NCBI GenBank assembly: GCA_964503955.1
Contig: CAZDCG010000004.1
Span: forward strand, 16,181 to 80,180
Direction of reading: 5' to 3'
Length of the DNA: 64,000 nt
DNA from: an uncultured Gammaproteobacteria bacterium
GTDB lineage: Bacteria; Patescibacteriota; Patescibacteriia; VMEV01; CAYQCH01
Below are positions 27,801 to 38,022 of this stretch, one piece after another. The position numbers and the translations under genes are program-made. A model generated the notes under the pieces. It was not told the origin of the DNA, made no database searches, and was given only the letters and a program-made list of their open reading frames with translations. Numbering within the stretch: the first letter of the stretch is position 1; each line of letters begins with the position of its first letter.

Positions 27801-30800
27801 CGCTCGTCCAGGTCTTGTGAATGAACAGGAATGTATCGCACGGCTTGGCGAATGGGATGCGCTCACGCAGCGCTGTGTTTTCCAGGCGATCGCGTCAGAA
27901 AGCCGTGTCTGCCGCGCCGAAGCGCTTGGCTGCCGCGAGTATCTTGGAACAACCGGCCATAATGTGGCGGTTGTGCTGGCTGAAAACTTTGAGAATGGGA
28001 CAATCGGCGACTGGATCAATGCTTCACTTAGCACAGAGTCTGTCAAAGTCGGCGGCCATTCCATGAAGCTTGGCAATCAGCAGGGAACCATCAATGCGGA
28101 AACCCGAACGGTTGTAGAAGATATCGCCGCCGACACTGCGTATACGCTCGAGCTGAACGCCCGTGCTTCCGTCAGCGATTTCCTCACGGTTACGGCTTAT
28201 CTTGGCAATGCGCCGGTCGAAGCAAACCGCATCGGTAGTTTTGTTACCGGGACCCTGTCATGGAATAAGTACCGTCTCGGGCCGATCACGACTCCTACGG
28301 AGCTTTCAGGCGTTCAGCAGCTGATTCTCGTGGTAGAAGGAGCCTCTAATAAGCCGGATATTATCAGCCTATTTGCGGACGATATCACCTTGCGCCGCAT
28401 CAATAGCAGTTTGTATCTCGCAAAAGATTCTTGGGAAACACCAAATACATGTGAAACAAATCCTCCGCTGGCCGGCGGTTCAGCTTCGCGTTCTATGGTG
28501 GGATGCCAGGCATACCGGATTGAGGGAGACACTTCAAATCAGACGCAGTTTCTCAAATCATTTACACGGCTTTGTTCAGAAGACAAGATCGGATGTGAAG
28601 CCCTGATTGACACGCATAATTCTGTTGCGCCATACCGCGAAGTGTATCAGCCCGGCAATCTCGCCGAAGTTGTTGTGCCTGAAGATAGTGTTACCTATCT
28701 GGTTAATAGAAAAGAGTATCGATGCCAGGCGGAACAAGTGGGCTGCATGGAACTTGGCAAGCCGGTTTTTGACCAGAACAATCAGATTACTTCATTCAAC
28801 TCCGTCTATCTCAAAAATAATCCGGACCAGTACGCAAGTATTCTCTGTCCGCAGGAATCACTGCGATGCGAAGCATTTACCAATAGCCGCAATGAAGTCG
28901 TATACGCCAAGAATCCGGGTCTGCAGCAATGTGAATACCGCGAAGTGCCAAATTCCTTCCCGGTGCGCTACGCATGGTTCAAGGTCGGTGGAACCGAAGA
29001 AAATCCTGTCGACTGTTTGCAGGCAAAGGATAATAGCTATGTGAACCGATGTGTTCCTTCAGCCGTGAGCTGTACGCAGTTTTATGAACCGATTACGCAG
29101 CAGTCATATTATTACAAGAAGAGCACCTTGCCGGGGACAGCGGCTTCTGAATGCAATGGCGTGGTGGACTGGAAGAAAGGCTGCGTCTTGTTTGATGATC
29201 AGAGCGTACGCAGCAAGTATTTCAAATCCGGTGACGATATTGATATCGTCGGCGCGGCGCAGGGCTGCCAGACAGGCGATGTCGGCTGCAATACAAATAC
29301 CTTGCTTCGCGTTCAGCTTGACCGTGTCTGCAGCCAGTGGCTGACCGGTGTCAGCTCAGGTTATTCCTGGGATCAGAATCTGCAGACCTACAAATCATTT
29401 AATTACGATATTGGACGTTGTCTGGAATATGATCCACTCAATCCTGCGGTTTGTCTGCAATGGGATAATGCGGATGACAAGCCGTTGCTCACAGAAGAAT
29501 TCTACAAAAACCGCGATACATCATGGGTGGGCGATGATTATACCGGATACTCCATTCCATTTGCTTATCCTGTTGAAACGCTCAAGCAATACAGTCTGAA
29601 TATCACTGAAGACGGCACTCCGTCCGAGTATCGTCTGGCATATCTTGAAGTTCCTCCGAATCAGCAAAGCTGTCTTACCTCTGCCGATTGTCCGCAGGGA
29701 GGCGGCATTGAGCAGGTTTGCCGTTTGGAATTGAATCCGGACAGCGGAGATTTCCAAGGATCATGTTTCATCAACCGCGGAATCTCACGTGGAGGAACAG
29801 CATCTGAGGGAGAATGCCGCGCGTATCCGGAAAACGATTCTCCATTCCCTCCATCGGTTGCCACCTTCTATCCTGATACAGATGCCGAAAATCCGGGAGG
29901 CATCAGCTCAGTCAATCCGCTCTTTGCCAATGCCAATATCGGTACGGCCGGAGAGAATGTCGAATGTAATTACGTCAAAGCCTACTATGCGGGTGATCGC
30001 CGCTATTACTCGCTTGATACGATTATTCCATCAACCATTACCGTGCGAGGCGAGCCGCAAAAATTCGACAAAAAAGAAGTCTATTACGGCTGGGAAGGCT
30101 ATTGTCTGGAACGAGACAATTCCCGCATCATTAATGGAGACCGTTCACAAACTGCTTGCTTGACCTGGTATCCGGTTGATCTCATCCAGGGCGCGAGAGA
30201 CTTGAACAATACCGATATCAATGCGGGATACTACGCGGATCATGAACAGACCATGTACTGCGCGCAGGCGGTCTTTGCCGAATATCTCACTCCAAGGGAA
30301 TCCTGCGGGGCATGTCCTTCACCACACTATGAAACCATCGTTCAGCGCAGCGGCACCTGTACGCATCCGTTTAAGGCTCCCGACTTGCTTGAATCAACCG
30401 GCACAAGATTCTTGAATCTCAATGAGACAGATCAAACGATTATTTTCGGCCTTGTTTCATTCTTCAGCTTTGGCGCGGGAGCAAGCATATTCCAGGCCCT
30501 GGCAGCCTTTGGCGTGCTGGATCTGGCAAGCGATCTGCTTGGAACGGATGAATATCCTGAAGTGACCTGTATTCCGCGTTACGGCGAAGGGTGGTATCCA
30601 AAAGTCTATCCAAATCCTCCGTTTGATCCGGAAAATCCGAACAATGCCCTTATGTGCAGCGTGGTGGCGCGTATCCAAAGCCCAGCTGGCGTGAACAAAG
30701 CCTATACAGACCGCATCCATGATACTGAATATATCGTGCCGGAGCTTGGCTGGACATACATCCAGCAAAACGTTCCGTTTGGCAGCGTTCGTGCGGGAAC

Positions 30801-32370
30801 AGAAAAGCTTGAAGAACTTGTTGAACCATTATTGCTGAAGCCGGCAACGCAGTTTGTAGAATGCAATGACTGCCGCGTTCCAGGTGAAGATCCTGAAAAT
30901 CCGGATCCATTGAAATTCGGTGTTTGCCAGGATCGTGATCCAAATAAGAAAGGACGTCCATGTCCGCTCTTCCCGAATGCCGGTTCGCCGTACAGTCTGC
31001 TCTCGCTTTATCCGCAATGGGCCAATAATGATTGGGTCCGCGTGCGAGCCGATAATCAGGTCTGGACAGATCAGGCCATCAATCAGCCATATACGCGAAC
31101 CGAACAGTTGGAAGACGGCACAAGACGGCTGCAGGAACTCTTTGCTAAATCCTACGGGGTCTGGTATTGGCAGCTCGGATTTGAAGCGGTTTGCGTCGGA
31201 ACATGCCAGGGAGGACCAAGAGAAGGTGAATTCTGCAAATCAGTCAACGAATGCGGTGATACGGATTCATCTATTGCCTATACATGCCAGCAGGCCAACC
31301 AGGAAACCGGCCTCTGTGTCGGCGGAGTAAAACACACATATTCATGCACAAGCGATCTGGATTGTTCCGGACCAGCCATTGAGGATCTCCAGACCGACTT
31401 TGTTGATATTCCCGGCTTCAACTGTGTTGAAGCGCCTGATGACGCGAATAGCGTGTTCATCTGTGAAGGAGGTCCATGGAAAGGCAATGCGTGCCAAACC
31501 GATGCCGACTGCGCTCCGCCGGTTCTTGACGGTAAATGCGATTTCACGCAGAACCGCTGTGTCGGCCAGGTCAATGGCCAGACAATCTGGTCCGCGAATT
31601 CCGGACAGATCTGCAATAACTCAGCTGAGTGCAATGCGGTTGCCACCTGCCGCGTGGATCGATGTTCCACCGAGATTGGTAAACCAAATACCGGGCTCTG
31701 CGACGGCTTGCAGGCCGGACAAGCATGCGGTGATTCTTCCGGACGAAATCAGTATGTTCAGGATGATGCCATTGGCTGGGACCTGATCCGTGACAATCCA
31801 TCCGTTGCCGAGCCGCCTGTGATTCAGCCGACCATTCCAGATTCCACCAGTCCAAACGGCTATGCGGAAGGATTCATTGCGAATGATGGCGGATTCTCCG
31901 TCAATGGAAGGGTAAACGGCACAATCACGAGCACGGAAGGGCGCGCGCCGGTAACCGTCAGCTTCTATGCCTATAACAGCAATGGAGAACAAATGCCATT
32001 GCGTGTGATCATGGTTGATTGGGGCGACAATACTGACCTGTCTACCTCGGTTGGTTCCTTCAAGAATCATAAACATGTCTGCCGGCGCTCCTGCAGCTAT
32101 AATGTCCTGATCTCCTGTGATGCGGACAGAGATTGCCAGAACCAGCAATTCCCTGACGCGACCTGTAATCCGGAAAATTTCGGCGACAGCCTTGATGCAT
32201 GCGTAGAAGACACGGAAAATGAATTCGGTTTCTTCTCCTTCTCTCATACCTATACGTGTGAAGGCGCAACCGACTGTGTTTACACGCCTCGCGTACTGGT
32301 ACGTGATAACTGGGGAGCCGTCACGCGCGTGACATGGCCTGGACAAATCGTGGTCTCTCCAAGACAGTAA
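24871..32370 (+). CDS. Giant Cys-rich secreted/surface protein (2499 aa) with carbohydrate-binding-like modules
   Basis: Signal peptide (PVHA/G); NLIRNGSFE...YTLSG...FYDAIQLE and ENFENG...FADDITL modules; many CxxxxxC motifs; PKD-like C-terminus (VDWGD, FSHTY). Confidence 0.8.
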   Translation: MQTRKTKILVGFMAIGLFITSFLPKPVHAGLPVSDIGSMVQSAGQFIKNTFDKIQETLLDELAVVFFNNIVQTFVNNLAAETAQWIASGDEGQKPLLFTSDWQDYLEKAGEDAIAFAAIGFADAVGLGNICIAPEIAIDIILPQIEQPGTTKPRCSLDDLKKTWDVTSPDFLQNFTLSFQTDQNDIGIAISFLANLEKEKTEKKEAAENERDQSPFKAVKDAISGLTETPAPLVQKQVEKVEDGTTVTTYTYTNPIGVLTGAIQVFAGTLMGQYLNKLQSGFFSLADAVPAEEDVASLVRGSLSDPLSTGPTGSQTAQLKFTDVFKPNLRQANDFNILAELAACPSEVRYASIYNCVIDSGFMQALSGGRNGFLTVREAVQQNLLHGNWVFGYVNPGSGAEPSYLNGYAYSNMKKLRRLRIVPVGWEMAALRARSLGQSVTLLDVINSYNDQGSPFYKLVDPEWVLKVPTMRCAAKAPGQILQSGGTDRVAECVDIQDCIAFGDDGECRAWAYCTADQREWRFPAEQCPEHYATCEQFYSSGEDTTQNLWLSSTLEYEGCNAQTAGCTWYSTVKNSAGEWQETNRVHLTSAVQACDPNDAGCHLYIRMGNGSNLIRNGSFEDDAGHNYVLGLGDTVAENSIPDGWSARQALISLNDDAQHGEASVRIQPQPGGECRPGLQYEAPLGHFEIGQQYTLSGRVRTENVTPADLQLFFQGITFTVEDVNNVWKSFAFTFVMPSTTRSYTFVLAGNNGDCANLNPGGAVFYDAIQLERNTLPTSYKEYGSVNQVSLKNAPACTFEDVGCQRYLPVDRKNAATVTGVATGQDLCPAECVGYATYEQQETDLEPERIVNFIPSSADVCSAQEVGCEQFTNLDVVARGGEGLEYYSQIRHCEKPQPQCQTYFAWEGSDVTGFQLVNFSLLAINEDGTGVPQTTDGSVTCDPNDADCRELIGEDGSRSFRNLSKTITCSEACVPLRARPGLVNEQECIARLGEWDALTQRCVFQAIASESRVCRAEALGCREYLGTTGHNVAVVLAENFENGTIGDWINASLSTESVKVGGHSMKLGNQQGTINAETRTVVEDIAADTAYTLELNARASVSDFLTVTAYLGNAPVEANRIGSFVTGTLSWNKYRLGPITTPTELSGVQQLILVVEGASNKPDIISLFADDITLRRINSSLYLAKDSWETPNTCETNPPLAGGSASRSMVGCQAYRIEGDTSNQTQFLKSFTRLCSEDKIGCEALIDTHNSVAPYREVYQPGNLAEVVVPEDSVTYLVNRKEYRCQAEQVGCMELGKPVFDQNNQITSFNSVYLKNNPDQYASILCPQESLRCEAFTNSRNEVVYAKNPGLQQCEYREVPNSFPVRYAWFKVGGTEENPVDCLQAKDNSYVNRCVPSAVSCTQFYEPITQQSYYYKKSTLPGTAASECNGVVDWKKGCVLFDDQSVRSKYFKSGDDIDIVGAAQGCQTGDVGCNTNTLLRVQLDRVCSQWLTGVSSGYSWDQNLQTYKSFNYDIGRCLEYDPLNPAVCLQWDNADDKPLLTEEFYKNRDTSWVGDDYTGYSIPFAYPVETLKQYSLNITEDGTPSEYRLAYLEVPPNQQSCLTSADCPQGGGIEQVCRLELNPDSGDFQGSCFINRGISRGGTASEGECRAYPENDSPFPPSVATFYPDTDAENPGGISSVNPLFANANIGTAGENVECNYVKAYYAGDRRYYSLDTIIPSTITVRGEPQKFDKKEVYYGWEGYCLERDNSRIINGDRSQTACLTWYPVDLIQGARDLNNTDINAGYYADHEQTMYCAQAVFAEYLTPRESCGACPSPHYETIVQRSGTCTHPFKAPDLLESTGTRFLNLNETDQTIIFGLVSFFSFGAGASIFQALAAFGVLDLASDLLGTDEYPEVTCIPRYGEGWYPKVYPNPPFDPENPNNALMCSVVARIQSPAGVNKAYTDRIHDTEYIVPELGWTYIQQNVPFGSVRAGTEKLEELVEPLLLKPATQFVECNDCRVPGEDPENPDPLKFGVCQDRDPNKKGRPCPLFPNAGSPYSLLSLYPQWANNDWVRVRADNQVWTDQAINQPYTRTEQLEDGTRRLQELFAKSYGVWYWQLGFEAVCVGTCQGGPREGEFCKSVNECGDTDSSIAYTCQQANQETGLCVGGVKHTYSCTSDLDCSGPAIEDLQTDFVDIPGFNCVEAPDDANSVFICEGGPWKGNACQTDADCAPPVLDGKCDFTQNRCVGQVNGQTIWSANSGQICNNSAECNAVATCRVDRCSTEIGKPNTGLCDGLQAGQACGDSSGRNQYVQDDAIGWDLIRDNPSVAEPPVIQPTIPDSTSPNGYAEGFIANDGGFSVNGRVNGTITSTEGRAPVTVSFYAYNSNGEQMPLRVIMVDWGDNTDLSTSVGSFKNHKHVCRRSCSYNVLISCDADRDCQNQQFPDATCNPENFGDSLDACVEDTENEFGFFSFSHTYTCEGATDCVYTPRVLVRDNWGAVTRVTWPGQIVVSPRQ

Positions 32371-32373
32371 TAA

Positions 32374-32402
32374 TTGACAAAGAAACAACCTAATCGTACA
32401 GT
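32374..32402 (+). promoter_or_regulatory. Promoter upstream of tRNA-Leu
   Basis: TTGACA-N17-TACAGT. Confidence 0.55.
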
Positions 32403-32440
32403 ACAAAACGTGCCAGCCAGGCACGTTTTTGTTTCCCTTT

Positions 32441-32512
32441 GCCGGGGTGGTGGAACCCGCCGTCCATCGGTCGTCGAACTCCCTTAGGACTGGCGGGCAG
32501 GTTGGCAGACAC
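32441..32512 (+). pseudogene. Duplicated 5' fragment of tRNA-Leu interrupted by a 46-nt hairpin insertion
   Basis: gccggggtggtggaa[cccgcc...ggcgggcagg]ttggcagacac versus tRNA gccggggtggtggaattggtagacac. Confidence 0.7.
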
Positions 32513-32521
32513 AATTTATAT

Positions 32522-32608
32522 GCCGGGGTGGTGGAATTGGTAGACACGCGTGGCTTAGGACCACGTGGGGTAAAACCTGTGCAGGTTCGAGTCCTGTCCC
32601 CGGTACCA
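32522..32608 (+). tRNA. tRNA-Leu (anticodon TAG), encoded CCA
   Basis: Acceptor gccgggg/ccccggt; anticodon arm cgtgg-cttagga-ccacg; long variable arm; T-loop ggttcgagtcc. Confidence 0.97.
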
Positions 32609-32806
32609 GCAAAGCTCCCGCATGATTGTATGCGGGGGCTTTGCTTTTATTCAGAGGACTCGAACCTTGGGAAAGGGGCGTGGGGAAAACGGAAGTTTTC
32701 ACCACTGGGCGGTTTTTGAGGAAGGGGTACAGCGAAGCGCCATAGGGGAAACGCCGTTTCCCCTTGGAGAGCGAAGCGACGGTTTGATGTCCTGTCCCCG
32801 GTACCA
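32609..32806. mobile_element. ~200-bp non-coding element at the tRNA 3' end with an 18-bp direct repeat
   Basis: gtcctgtccccggtacca at 32591-32608 and 32789-32806; internal inverted copy of the T-arm (aggactcgaacc). Confidence 0.6.
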
Positions 32807-33107
32807 CAAAAAAACGCACTCTGTGCGTTTTTTTGCTCTAGTGTCTGATTTCTCTGTCTACATCTATATCTAAACATCGTCATAATCTCTTGTGTCTCTT
32901 AGATAGAGAAGTAGACCTGGAAAATAGAGGTAGATCACGGTGTCGCTTCGCGAGCTTTTCAATGCAGCAGCAGAAAAACGCTTGTGTTTGTCTGCAGATC
33001 TCAGGAGCCTGTTATGTCTTTAAAGTCTGCCCAACGCTCACCCACCTTGCTTCAATCTCCCACATCTGTTGAAATATCACATCCCGAGGATTCCAACAGG
33101 AGGAGAA

Positions 33108-33320
33108 ATGTTTTACGTGGGACGACTCATCTGGCTCTTGTCGTTTGCCATGTTCAGTCTTACCGTTTACGTCCAGGTTGCCCACTCGGACTGGTCGCCT
33201 CCGGATCTTCTGCTGATCCAGATCAGGCAGGGGTTGTTCATGATCGCACTCTTTGGGGTGGGGATCATGAGCATGGATCGGAACCGTGAGCGGGACGAGC
33301 GGCAACGCCCTCAGCGGTAG
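33108..33320 (+). CDS. Small two-TM orphan protein (70 aa)
   Basis: AGGAGGAG before ATG; two hydrophobic helices and a basic tail. Confidence 0.55.
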   Translation: MFYVGRLIWLLSFAMFSLTVYVQVAHSDWSPPDLLLIQIRQGLFMIALFGVGIMSMDRNRERDERQRPQR

Positions 33321-33480
33321 GGCATTTAGGACGGCACAGCGATGCAGATTGCTCGTGCCGTTCGCCCTTTATAAGCTGAATTTCAGGCGGTAGATTGCTG
33401 TTTATAGCCCGCTGCAGATTCTTTTACCTGCAACCAAAACCTCCAAACGAACAGCTATCCACCGGCTATCCCCAAAAGAC

Positions 33481-33509
33481 TTGACGTGTTTTTCCTTCTT
33501 TGCTACAAT
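33481..33509 (+). promoter_or_regulatory. Promoter of the 23S-5S unit; boxA-like gcattttgacaattgaata at ~33735-33753
   Basis: TTGACG-N17-TACAAT. Confidence 0.7.
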
Positions 33510-34522
33510 CTGTCTACCAATGAAATGTCCGATTTCTTAGAAATGCGGACCTCTTTCTGGGAATTATCTTATGCAAAATCTCCAAAGTGAACAGAATACT
33601 GTTTTCTAGGCAAGTCGCATAATGATTTCTGGAAAGGAAATCCTTGCGGCTGGCTTACGGGCCAGTTTTTTCGTCCCTCAAATTTCACCCCCGAGACTGG
33701 ATGATCCGGTCATTCGATCCCGGTTGTGAAGACTGCATTTTGACAATTGAATATAACGCAATACAAACCAGTAATGTCACATGCATCTTTGTGAAGATAC
33801 ATGCGACGCAAATGCAATTTACAATGCAGTGTCTTAAATGACACTGCTGCTACAAATGCTTATTGTGGCCATTCAAGTTCATTGAATGGTTACCTCAATA
33901 AGGGCAAATGTGTGAATGCCTAGACATCTGGAGACGATGAAGGACGTGGCAGCCTGCGAAAAGCTTCGGTGAGGTGGCAAGCAACCTGTGACCCGGAGAT
34001 GTCCCAATGGGGAAACCCGGCCGTGTAAAGCACGGTCATCACATGACTGAATACATAGGTCAGTGAAGACAACCTAGGGAACTGAAACATCTTAGTACCT
34101 AGAGGAAAAGAAAACAGCAAGACCCTTTATAAATCTGCAGACATCACTTCGGTGCTGACTGTCAGATTTATAAAGGACGTGATTCCCTTAGTAGCGGCGA
34201 GCGAACGGGGAAAAGCCTAAACCCTATCGGTGGGCCTTTCTGTAAGATGTGGGATTTATCTTATATCAAGCAGTCAGGTTAAAGGATTGTGCCGTTGCCG
34301 ATTCGGTGTTGTGAGGCGAGTCGTTAGGAATCACAATATTCCTAGATAGTTGGAGTTCATATAGAAGAAGTTCCTGGAATCGGAACGCCAAAGAAGGTGA
34401 TAGCCCTGTAATCGAAATATGCTTCTCCACCTATGGACTATGTCCTCAAGTACAGCGGGACTCGTGAAATCCTGTTGGAATCAGGGGTGACTATGCTCCA
34501 AGGCTAAATACTACCAGATGAT

Positions 34523-34559
<37 letters not shown>

Positions 34560-36061
34560 CACCCCGGTGAGGGGTCGTGAAATAGACCTGAAACCATTTG
34601 CCTACAAGGAGTCGAAGGTCCTTCGGGACTGACGGCGTGCCTATTGAAGAATGAGCCAACGAGTTTGTTCTATGTTGCTTGTTTAATCTCTATATAGAGA
34701 GAAGGCATAGTGAAAGCGAGGCTTAACCGCCGAACTGAGAGGAATAATTCCCGTCTCGGGTCATTGACCCGTCCGGGGATTTATTCCTCTCTTCTGCAGC
34801 ATAGACAAGACCCGAAGCCGGGTGATCTATCCATGGCCAGGTTGAATCTCATCGAAAGATGAGAGGAGGACCGAACCCACGCGCCGTGCAACACGCGGGG
34901 ATGAGTTGTGGATAGCGGAGAAATTCCAATCGAACTCGGCTATAGCTGGTTCTCCCCGAAACAGTTTTTGGACTGGCCTGCGATCGTCCCCTCTGGGGGT
35001 AGAGCACTGTTTGAGGTTCGGGCCTTCGGGTACCGTCCACAGACAAACTCCGAATACCGGAGGATTATAATCGCAGAGTTACACTATGGGGGCTAAGCTC
35101 CATTAGTGAAAAGGGAAACAGCCCAGATCGCCAAATAAGGTCCTTAAATCTTCGTTAAGTGTGAAAGGTGGTGAGGCGGCTTATACAACGAGGAGGTTGG
35201 CTTAGAAGCAGCCATCCTTTAAAGAAAGCGTAATAGCTCACTCGTCCAGCTGCCTTGCGCCGAAAATGTAACGGGGCTAAACGAAGTACCGAATTTGCGG
35301 GTCTATACCTTTCGAGGTATGGGCGGTAGGGGAGCGTTCTTATCTGCGTTGAAGCCCAAACGTGAGAATGGGTGGAGTGATAAGAAGTGAGAATGTTGGC
35401 ATAAGTAGCAGAAATGCGGGTGAGAACCCCGCACACCGAAAACCCAAGGTTTCCTGGGCCATGAAAATCAGCTCAGGGTTAGTCGGTCCTAAGGCGAGGC
35501 TGAAAAGCGTAGTCGATGGACAGCAGGTTAATATTCCTGCACCACGGTGTTGACTGATGGAGTGACGCTTGATCAAAGTCTCCGCGTAGTTTGGTTATCT
35601 ACGTTGGGGCAGGCAACTGGCGCTATTGGCAAATCCGTAGCGCAATACAGAAGCCTGCATCTGAAGAGGAAGCCCTCGGGTGGAATCGACGGAGGCGGAG
35701 GTTGAGCCAAGAAAAACTTCTAGGGTTAATCAGCATCGTGTCCGTACCGTAAACCGACACAGGTGGGTGAGGCGAGAAGCCTCAGGTGAACGAGAGAAAC
35801 ATGGTTAAGGAACTCGGCAAAACAGCGGTCGTACCTTCGGTATAAGGCCTGCCTACGCCCTTCGGGGTTGTAGGTCGCAGCGAAAGACTCCAAGCGACTG
35901 TTTACCAAAAACACAGGTCCCTGCTAAAGCGCAAGCTGATGTATAGGGGCTGATGCCTGGCCAGTGTCCGAACGTTAAGAGGAGAGGTGATCCAATTTAT
36001 TGGCGTAGCCTTGAATCCAAGCGCGGATGAACGCCGGCGATAACTATAATCGTCCTAAGGT

Positions 36062-36831
36062 GAATTTGTTGCCTTAGTGGGGTGAAAGCCCCCTCTTCCG
36101 AACTGCCTATGCCGGGCAGATGTAGGAGAAAAATCTGGCTATATGCTGGAATATCTGGAGAATTCTGTGCTCCTAGGGTATACTGTCACCATAGTATGCC
36201 TAGGAAAAACGCCACAGATGTAGCTTTGGTTGAAGATTTACCAAAGTTGCCAGACAATCAGCAGGAAAGACCAGAAATGATTGGTTGGATTGTAGGATTT
36301 ACTGACGGTGAAGGTTGCTTCTCTGTTAGTCTTATCCGTAACAAAACAACCTCTACTGGGTGGCAGGTGTTTCCTGAGTTTGTTATCACGCAAGGAGAGA
36401 AAAGCAGATCAGCGCTTGAATTACTTCAAAAACATTTCAAATGCGGACAGCTAATCCTCAATAAGCGCTATGACAATCATCGCGAACATCTAATAAAATA
36501 CTGCGTCAGGTCTCGTAGAGACTTGAAAGAAAAAATTATTCCCTTCTTCAAAAAAGCTCAGCTTTTGACGGCGAAGAGAAATGATTTTGAAATCTTTTGT
36601 AAGATCATCGTTCTTATGGAAGAACGAAAGCATCTGCATCTTTCAGGATTGAAAACAATCGCGAAACTGATCGAACAGATGAACCGCAGAAAACCCTCCT
36701 CATTTCTGGAATCCTCAGAGACTACACGCCGGAACGATACATAATCGTAAGATATAGTCCGACCCCTATGGCGACATAGGGAGAATGGCAGAAATGACCA
36801 TTCCTCTACATGTGGTAGAAGTAACAAATTG
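36062..36831 (+). mobile_element. Group I intron at 23S position L1931 (E. coli numbering), 770 nt
   Basis: Interrupts cctaaggt^agcgaaattcc; P1 ctaaggt/gccttag with U-G pair; terminal G; core elements atgctggaa (P), aatcagcagg (Q), tcagagactac (R), aagatatagtcc (S). Confidence 0.95.
36196..36744 (+). CDS. Single-motif LAGLIDADG homing endonuclease
   Basis: GWIVGFTDGEGCFSV, PEFVITQ, IIPFF, K..DF..F. Start at 36196 or 36277. Confidence 0.93.
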   Translation: MPRKNATDVALVEDLPKLPDNQQERPEMIGWIVGFTDGEGCFSVSLIRNKTTSTGWQVFPEFVITQGEKSRSALELLQKHFKCGQLILNKRYDNHREHLIKYCVRSRRDLKEKIIPFFKKAQLLTAKRNDFEIFCKIIVLMEERKHLHLSGLKTIAKLIEQMNRRKPSSFLESSETTRRNDT

Positions 36832-36884
<53 letters not shown>

Positions 36885-37109
36885 GGAGACTGTCTCAACC
36901 ATGTACTCGGTGAAATTGCATGACGAGTAAAGATGCTCGTTACGCGTAGCAGGACGAAAAGACCCCGTGAAGCTTTACTACAGCTTGATATTGTCTTATT
37001 GCTTCAACTGTTCAGCATAGGTGGGAGCCTTCGGGCGCCAGTGAGATACCACCCTGTTGTCGTGGTAAGGCTAACCTTGCGCCGTCTATCCGGTGCGGGG
37101 ACAGTATCT

Positions 37110-37144
<35 letters not shown>

Positions 37145-37363
37145 AAGTAACGGAGGCGTTTACAAAGGTTGGCTAGCTCCGGATGGAAATCGGAGCGATA
37201 GTGTAAAGGCACAAGCCAGCTTTACTGCAAGACAGACACGTCGCGCAGTTACGAAAGTAGAACTTAGTGATCCGACGATCCAATATAGGATGGTCGAAGC
37301 TCATCGGATAAAAGTTACTCCGGGGATAACAGGCTGATCGCGCCCAAGCGTCCACAGCGACGG

Positions 37364-37425
<62 letters not shown>

Positions 37426-37438
37426 TGGCTGTTCGCCA

Positions 37439-37490
<52 letters not shown>

Positions 37491-37768
37491 CTATCCGCTA
37501 TGCGCGTTAAGATTTGAGAACCTCCTTCTCTAGTACGAGAGGACCGAGAAGGACGAACCTCTAGTGTACCAGTTGTCCCACCAGGGGCACCGCTGGGTAG
37601 CTATGTTCGGGTCGGATAAGTGCTGAAGGCATCTAAGCACGAAGCCGTGTTCAAGATTAGATCTTTATTCCTCCTGGGAGACGACCAGGTTGATAGGCTG
37701 CAGGTGTAAGCCCCGTGAGGGGTTCAGCCGAGCAGTACTAATGGATTGAGGTAACCTTTCAGTGAATT

Positions 37769-37887
37769 TCTCTGCGTCATATTTCGCGCGCTTCTTTGTT
37801 GAGAGCTCCGGTGCTCGACGCCGTACATCAGTACGGTTTACTCCGCACCTCGCTCTCGCCTCGAATCGCACTGAAATCTGAACGAGA
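37769..37887 (+). repeat. ~120-bp dispersed structured repeat, copy 1
   Basis: cttctttgt...cgtaca-tca-gtacg...cctcgaat inside imperfect terminal IRs. Confidence 0.6.
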
Positions 37888-38022
37888 TTAAAGCCGCTGA
37901 AAAGATAGCATAAATACGTTTGCGATCACATGCGACTCGCAAAGGTGCAGTTGATATTATTGGAAGTATTGCGTTCAGAGAAATGGAATGGAAAGAGACG
38001 ACTAATCATCTAGTCTGCTCCT

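Noticed and set aside
31621-32547. 308-aa minus-strand ORF
   Set aside because: Antisense to the giant protein and overlapping the tRNA; shadow ORF.
33684-33730. tRNA-like ttcgatccc in the 23S leader
   Set aside because: No cloverleaf can be built; only a local hairpin.
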